From the IMG/VR virus record IMGVR_UViG_3300027887_000007, positions 32,001-96,000 of that record: a stretch of 64,000 nucleotides of DNA. One strand, given 5' to 3'. The first letter of the stretch is position 1; each line of letters opens with the position of its first letter. This DNA is from a virus. The position numbers and the translations under genes are program-made. Shown here piece by piece: positions 11,301-17,300 of this stretch. The notes below the pieces were generated by a model. The model was not told where the DNA came from. It saw only the letters and a list, made by a program, of their open reading frames with translations, and did not search any database.

Positions 11301-14300
11301 CTTCCTTGACGGAATGCTCTCTGTAGAAATGGGCTCCAAGCAGAACGAGGTTTTTCCTCGTAGCCGGATCAAGACTGCTTATGTGACCGGGTCGACTTCC
11401 TCCCATGTCGGCAATGGAGGCCAATCCGGATGAGTCTCCTCCCTGTACTCCCGTATCCATTCCCAGTACTGCTTCGGGTCCTCCCCCTGATCTTTCATCC
11501 ATTGCAGAAAGGACTTCAGGTCTGGCATGTACCAGGCGGGGGACCCCGTCAGATGACCCAATCTTGCCAAGCAGATCGCCCGTCGCTCCCCGCGGGGCAG
11601 AGAGGAGATCGAAATATCGTCGAAACGCTGTGGTGGCCGCATATCCGTTAGCCTTGAAGTGTGCGGTTAAGATGCCTCTCCACTTGGTCTCTTCTGGAAC
11701 CAAGGATGTCCGAATGTCCTGCATGAATGCGGCAAAATCCTTTTCGTGATTCCAGTGTACCGTGTGGACAAGCTCATGTTCGATTAAGGTAGAAAGGATC
11801 CTAGTGCAGTGGACGGTGATCGCCTCGTCGCGGGACAGCAGTCCACTCTTTTCAAAATGGGTGCCGGCATGAACTAGGTTGTGCAGGTTAAGCAATATGA
11901 GGTATGGCTTGGACGGATCGTGATCTTCCCCAAAAGCCTTTAGGTCGCCATGGAATATGATCCCGTTGTAACTCGATCCCAGACCGTATCCGTGGAACTT
12001 GGCCTTCATGATCCTGTCGGCATGATCCGGATGCAGGACGGCCGTTCGCTTCTGAAGCTCCTCGAAACAAGCGGCCGTCAACTCGATTGTCTTTTGCACA
12101 ATCGGATCGCTGGATATCGCCTTCACTACATCGGGCGGCAGCTGATCCTCGTTTGAGTCGACTACCTTGAACCGGGTTGACCCGACGTTGTAACCCTTGT
12201 AGACGATGTCGTCAGTCTTTTGCCGTTCCGCTGCGGCGGCTTTGACGATGAGTGTATTTTTTATCCACTCGAAGACCAGAGCATCCGTCGACTTTGAGAA
12301 GTCGTTCCGGTTCATCGCCAGCGGATAGACCAGATCCTTATGGGCCGGATCCGCTTTTGGGTGAATGTCGATGACAAGTTCTGGAGGAAGGTCTAGGTCC
12401 TCGTCAAGGCGGTAAGTTTTCTCGAACGTAGAGAACCCGTTAACCAGAGTATGGACGTTAACGTACCCGACCTTTTTGTGTACGCCGGGTTGGTAGTATA
12501 TGTCTCCAGAAAAGTTGCGGTCCCCGATCTCTGAAAGCTTAGTCCACTCTCCGAATTCCGCAGGGATTACCGGAGACTCGTTGAATAAAAAGTTGATGTC
12601 GAACTCTGGCAGCCGATTTCTGCCAAGCCAGTCTTTACACCATTGCTTCAGCAGGGCCGGGTAGGGAGACGGTTTGTTTAGTGTAATCTCGATCTCTGTC
12701 CCTGCCTTACGCTTGGTTGTGGGGACAACCGAATTCAGAAGGAATCCCTTAGTCTGGAAATCATCCCCTGTTCCCTCGAACCAAGTCTCTTCCCACCGTC
12801 TCGTCTCGGGATTGAAGTTGACGCTTGAAACCCGAATCGTATCTGCGGATCCGTAGATGGCGACTTTGGCAATTCCGAATCCTCCAGAACTATTCTCGAG
12901 GACTTCTCCGTTTTCATCGAACTTCAGGGACGCGAAAGGCTCTACAAAGAACGTACCCATCGTCGCCTTCGACATGCCAATGCCGTTGTCGACTATTTTT
13001 ATCGTTGGTTTCTGTCCTCTTTCGGCTTTGACAGTTACCCCTATCGTTCCCTTTCTTCCATCCCTGATGCCCCTAAGAGCGTCGACGGAGTTCTGGAGCA
13101 TCTCGCGCAACGCGATCTCGGTAAGGTCTGACCCCTCGTAGGTTTTGACTCCTAGGATGTACTGGGCTCTGCCGTCCATCTTCTGGACTGCCCACTCCCG
13201 GCCCTGAGCATCCTTGACGATCTCCATCGTCGCTCTGGGCGGGAGGTAGCCTTGGTCGCGCATCCACTCGAATGCGTCCTTGACAGCCTTGGCGTCTGGT
13301 AGGGCGCCGGGCGGTTTTGTGCCGAATGCCCCTTTCAGTTTGGCGAGGTCGTCGCTTCCGAGCCCGCCAGTGAGTACCTTCTTCAGGTCCTCGCCCTTTA
13401 CCTCCTCGGTCGGAGGAGTGGTAGGCGGCGGCGTAATCTCCGGGCCTTTCTTCTCCTCCGTCGGTGGAGGTGGAGTTATCGTTGTCTTTTTCCGCTTCTT
13501 CAGGATCGGGCCGCGGTTCTTCTTTACGATCTCCGAGTCCTGAAGATTGAAATGGGCGATGTGTTTTTCGATAAGCTCGTCGGCCCCTTGGTGCAGCTTC
13601 CAGTCCTTTTTGTTGTCATACTGCTTGCTTTTGTCGTACAAGGCCTGAAGGAGAATCTCGGCCTCGTGTCCGGACGCGACAAAGTAGTGGCCTTTCTCTA
13701 AGTCCACCTCGAAGGTGTCGAGGAAGGTCGGTCTATCTGGGTCCTCGTTCTCCTCCCGAATGGCCAAGAGGACTTCTTCCTGCTCGGTAGACTCGTACTC
13801 AATTTCCTCTGTCGGGCCCTCGGGGGTGGTCGTTTCCGGCGGCTTCGTCCCGACGCCGGCCTGTCCGAGGATTTCGTTCAGCGTCTCCTGTAGGCTTTCC
13901 CTGACCTCGTCGGCCTCCTTCGGTGTCGAGAATGGTCCCGCGGATTCGACGCCACTGGAATCGTAGACCCTGAAGTTTGCTTCGTTGTCTTCGTGGACCG
14001 TGTACAGCGAGATGTTTCCGATTTCCGTGCTGGGCTGAGCCACAATCTCTCCCGCAGCAAAGTCGTAAGCTTGCTGCGGCGTCATCATGTGGATCTGGGC
14101 TTCCGTGAAACCCAGAACCCTCAGACGGTTCTGGACGGCCCAAGAGTTGTGCAGTTCCTCCGGGGCATCGGGGAGGTCTGGGAGCGGATGGCCCGGCTTT
14201 GGCTTGGTGTTAACAGGGGTGGTCGGGCGCTGCTCACCCTCCGGCTTTGACTCTCGGTAGGCGTCGAGAACCTTCTTCAGTTTTCTCGGAGAGATCCCGT

Positions 14301-17300
14301 ATGAAGAAAACACGTTGCTCAGGAACTCGAATAGGGAACTCCCCGTCGGTTCGTGTCCGTGCCATGGGTTTGCGACGTACTGCTCCCATGCTTCCTGCTG
14401 TGCCTTAGGAAATCGCTTTGCTGCAAATTGAGCCAGCTCCTCGAATCCAAGTGGAAGGTCAAAGCCTAGGAAATTGCCGTCCCTCAGTATCGGGTACTCA
14501 TCTAGCACCTGCTGTGGAACCTCGCGCCCGATGCTGAGAGCCTCTTCCACAGCCTTGAAGTGGTGGTCGTCGTAGAGCTCGTTGTGAAACTGAGCCTCTT
14601 CAACCGCAAGGGCGAAGTTCCTGACGGCCTGATGGGCGACGTCCTTCGTCAGCGCGAGCTCGTCCGGGCTAATGTCACGCTCGTCAATGGCCGGATCGTT
14701 GAAGAGCTGATCGACCTTGTTGTGCCACAGCTCGAACCACTCGGCGAGCTCGATTTCGCTATCAAGCAGGCCTTCTCTTACCCAACCTCCCAGCAGGTGC
14801 ATCTCATCTTCCATGCTGGTGATCGTGTTACGGTACTTGAACGTGTAGAGACCGCGATTCTCCGGCCGCAGGAACTTCGGAGCGACCTGGTGGACTAGCG
14901 TCATGCGAAGATCGTCGAGCCCACGCTCGAGGACAGTGGGATCCTCGTGCTGCGGGTAGTCGCTCGCGTCGTACTGCTCCCTAGTCATCTGGTGAGGCTC
15001 TAGCTTCTGACTGGGCGGGGCGTTCTCGGACTCAGGCGGCGGTCCCGGCAGACCTCCCTGCGCCGCCTCCGAAACCATTGCGGCTATCTCTTCGGCGGTT
15101 CCTACGTGGATCCTGATCGGTGTGAGCGGTTTCCCCTCTTTCGCGTTGAACTCGTTACGGAATGCTTGGACCTGACGCGGGACGTCCCACCTCGGAACGA
15201 CCGCATGGCCGGCTACGGTCATCGTCCCGTCAGGATTGACCGCCCATACGATTACGCCTGCGTCGGCGTCGGCGTCCTTGGGGGCAACGATTCCGAGGAG
15301 CTCATAGAGCTTCCCGGCGTCAAGCATCGAACTAATGTCGTCCTCGCTGTACGAGTCCGATCGGTAGACGAGGAATCCGTCCTCGACTTTCGGATGGTCG
15401 GAGATATCAACCAACCGAAGCGGGGGCATGATGTTCCACAGCTCCAGAGAATCCTTCTCCTCGTCGGTTAGCTTCGCCATCGTGGATGCCGCGATAAACA
15501 CGGCATTGCGGCTGCCGTTGGCAAGGTTAGCCAACTGCAGTTTGATGGTGTCGGGATCCTCGGGCAACGTCGGCTGAGTAGCCGTCGGCGGCGCCTCCGT
15601 CGTTTCGGGCGGCGGCGGCTCCCCAACCGGAGCGCCCTCGATTGGCTTGCGAACTATCTTCGACTTGGCGGCTAGGTACCCAAGGTTGTCGTTCGCCTGG
15701 AATACATACTTCGCCTCTCCGGTTGTTGGGTCGTAGATCAGCTCGCCGTTCTGGTCGTGATCGTATCCATAGATAGCGCCGGCGAAGGCTCCGATCTTTC
15801 CGTTCTCCAGAACGTGATAGAGCGACTGACCGACTCTCTGGTATTTCAGCCCATCTGTTGTAACGAGCTGGTCGCCTTCTTCCATGACCGCAAGGATCGT
15901 ATGACCCTGAGCGACGATCTCTCCCTCTGCCTGCATCCGGGCCGACTCGTCACCGGCTAGTGGCTGGGCTTCCATGATCTCTGTCATGCGACGATCCAGC
16001 CACGCCTGTACTTCCATTTCATCAAGACCGTGAAGCATCCCGACTAGGACAGAATCAGCCGGCGTTGCCGCCTCTCTAGTCTCTGGCGGCTTGGTTAAGC
16101 CGGGTTCCTGCGGAGCAACCGTTTTAGGAAGGAGTCCCCGCTCTAGCCTCTCTACCTCAGAAAGCTCCAGCTGCGAGAATTCCTTGCCGAATAGCCGGCG
16201 CGAGATTCGATCCGGGTCGAGTCCAAGGCGACCCATGATCTCGCTGACTCTGGCTACGGCAGCGGTCATTACCGCATCGCCCGGGTACGGTGTATTCGCC
16301 GAAGTCGGAGGAACGAAGGTTCCGTAGATCGCCCGGTAGGAACGCTCGATAGCCAAGAGAGCGCTCTCCGGCAATGTGCTGGAGTCTATCGAGGCCAGAA
16401 CCTCGGCCGGGATCGGGTTTCCTGTCTCGTCGAGGTGTGTCCCAATCTCCTGCGCGATCGTCAGTCTCAGGTTGGGATCCTTGTTGTCCCACCATTCAGC
16501 CGCAGCCTTGATCTGCTCATCGGAAGGACCACCGACCGGTTCATTCGGCTCGAGCTGCCTGCGGATCCAGTCGGAAGGACCGGCCGCATCCATTAGGTCA
16601 AGGACCTCCTGCGGAACCGGGGAGACAGGATTGTCCCTGTACTGCGACAAGGTGTCGGAGGCTTGGCCAAGCCATTCGATCTGTGATTCGACGCGGCTGC
16701 GCTCCGAGGCTCTGTCAATGTTTAAGATCAGGTCCTCGCGTTCCCGGCCGATGCGAGCCACGGCGAAGTCGATCTGATTCGGCGTTGGAACTGGGGGCGC
16801 CGGCTCAGGCGGAACACCCTCTACTGGGGGGACGCCGCCTTCTACTGGGGGGACGCCGCCTTCTACTGGAGGGACGCCGCCTTCTACTGGAGGAACACCG
16901 CCTTCTACTGGAGGAACACCGCCTTCTACTGGAGGAACACCGCCTTCAGGCGCAGCCGGAGGGGGAGTTTCGGCGGGAGGTGTCGGAGCCGGTACAGTAG
17001 GGAGAACTCCCTTGTGCTTGTCGAGTACCCCGACCAGCACTTGCCGCAGCTCGAGGATGTTCCACTGCGCGATCTCTTCATCCTTGAAGCCGGAGTACCG
17101 GAGGACCCGCATCACCTCGTCCGTCACTCCATGAGGGTTGCCAGTCTCCGCTTTGGCCGGGGCCCGGCGCATCCCACGTTCGAGTGCGTATATGGCGCCC
17201 TTTACCGCAGTCGGAACCGAGAACGCCGCGATCTCCTGTCCGAACTGATACAGGAAGTCGTCGATCGCTTCTGCTTTGGCAGACATGGGATCCGTGAAGA

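Noticed and set aside
16811-16947. CRISPR-like array
   Set aside because: The repeats are contiguous, have no spacers and are in-frame coding.
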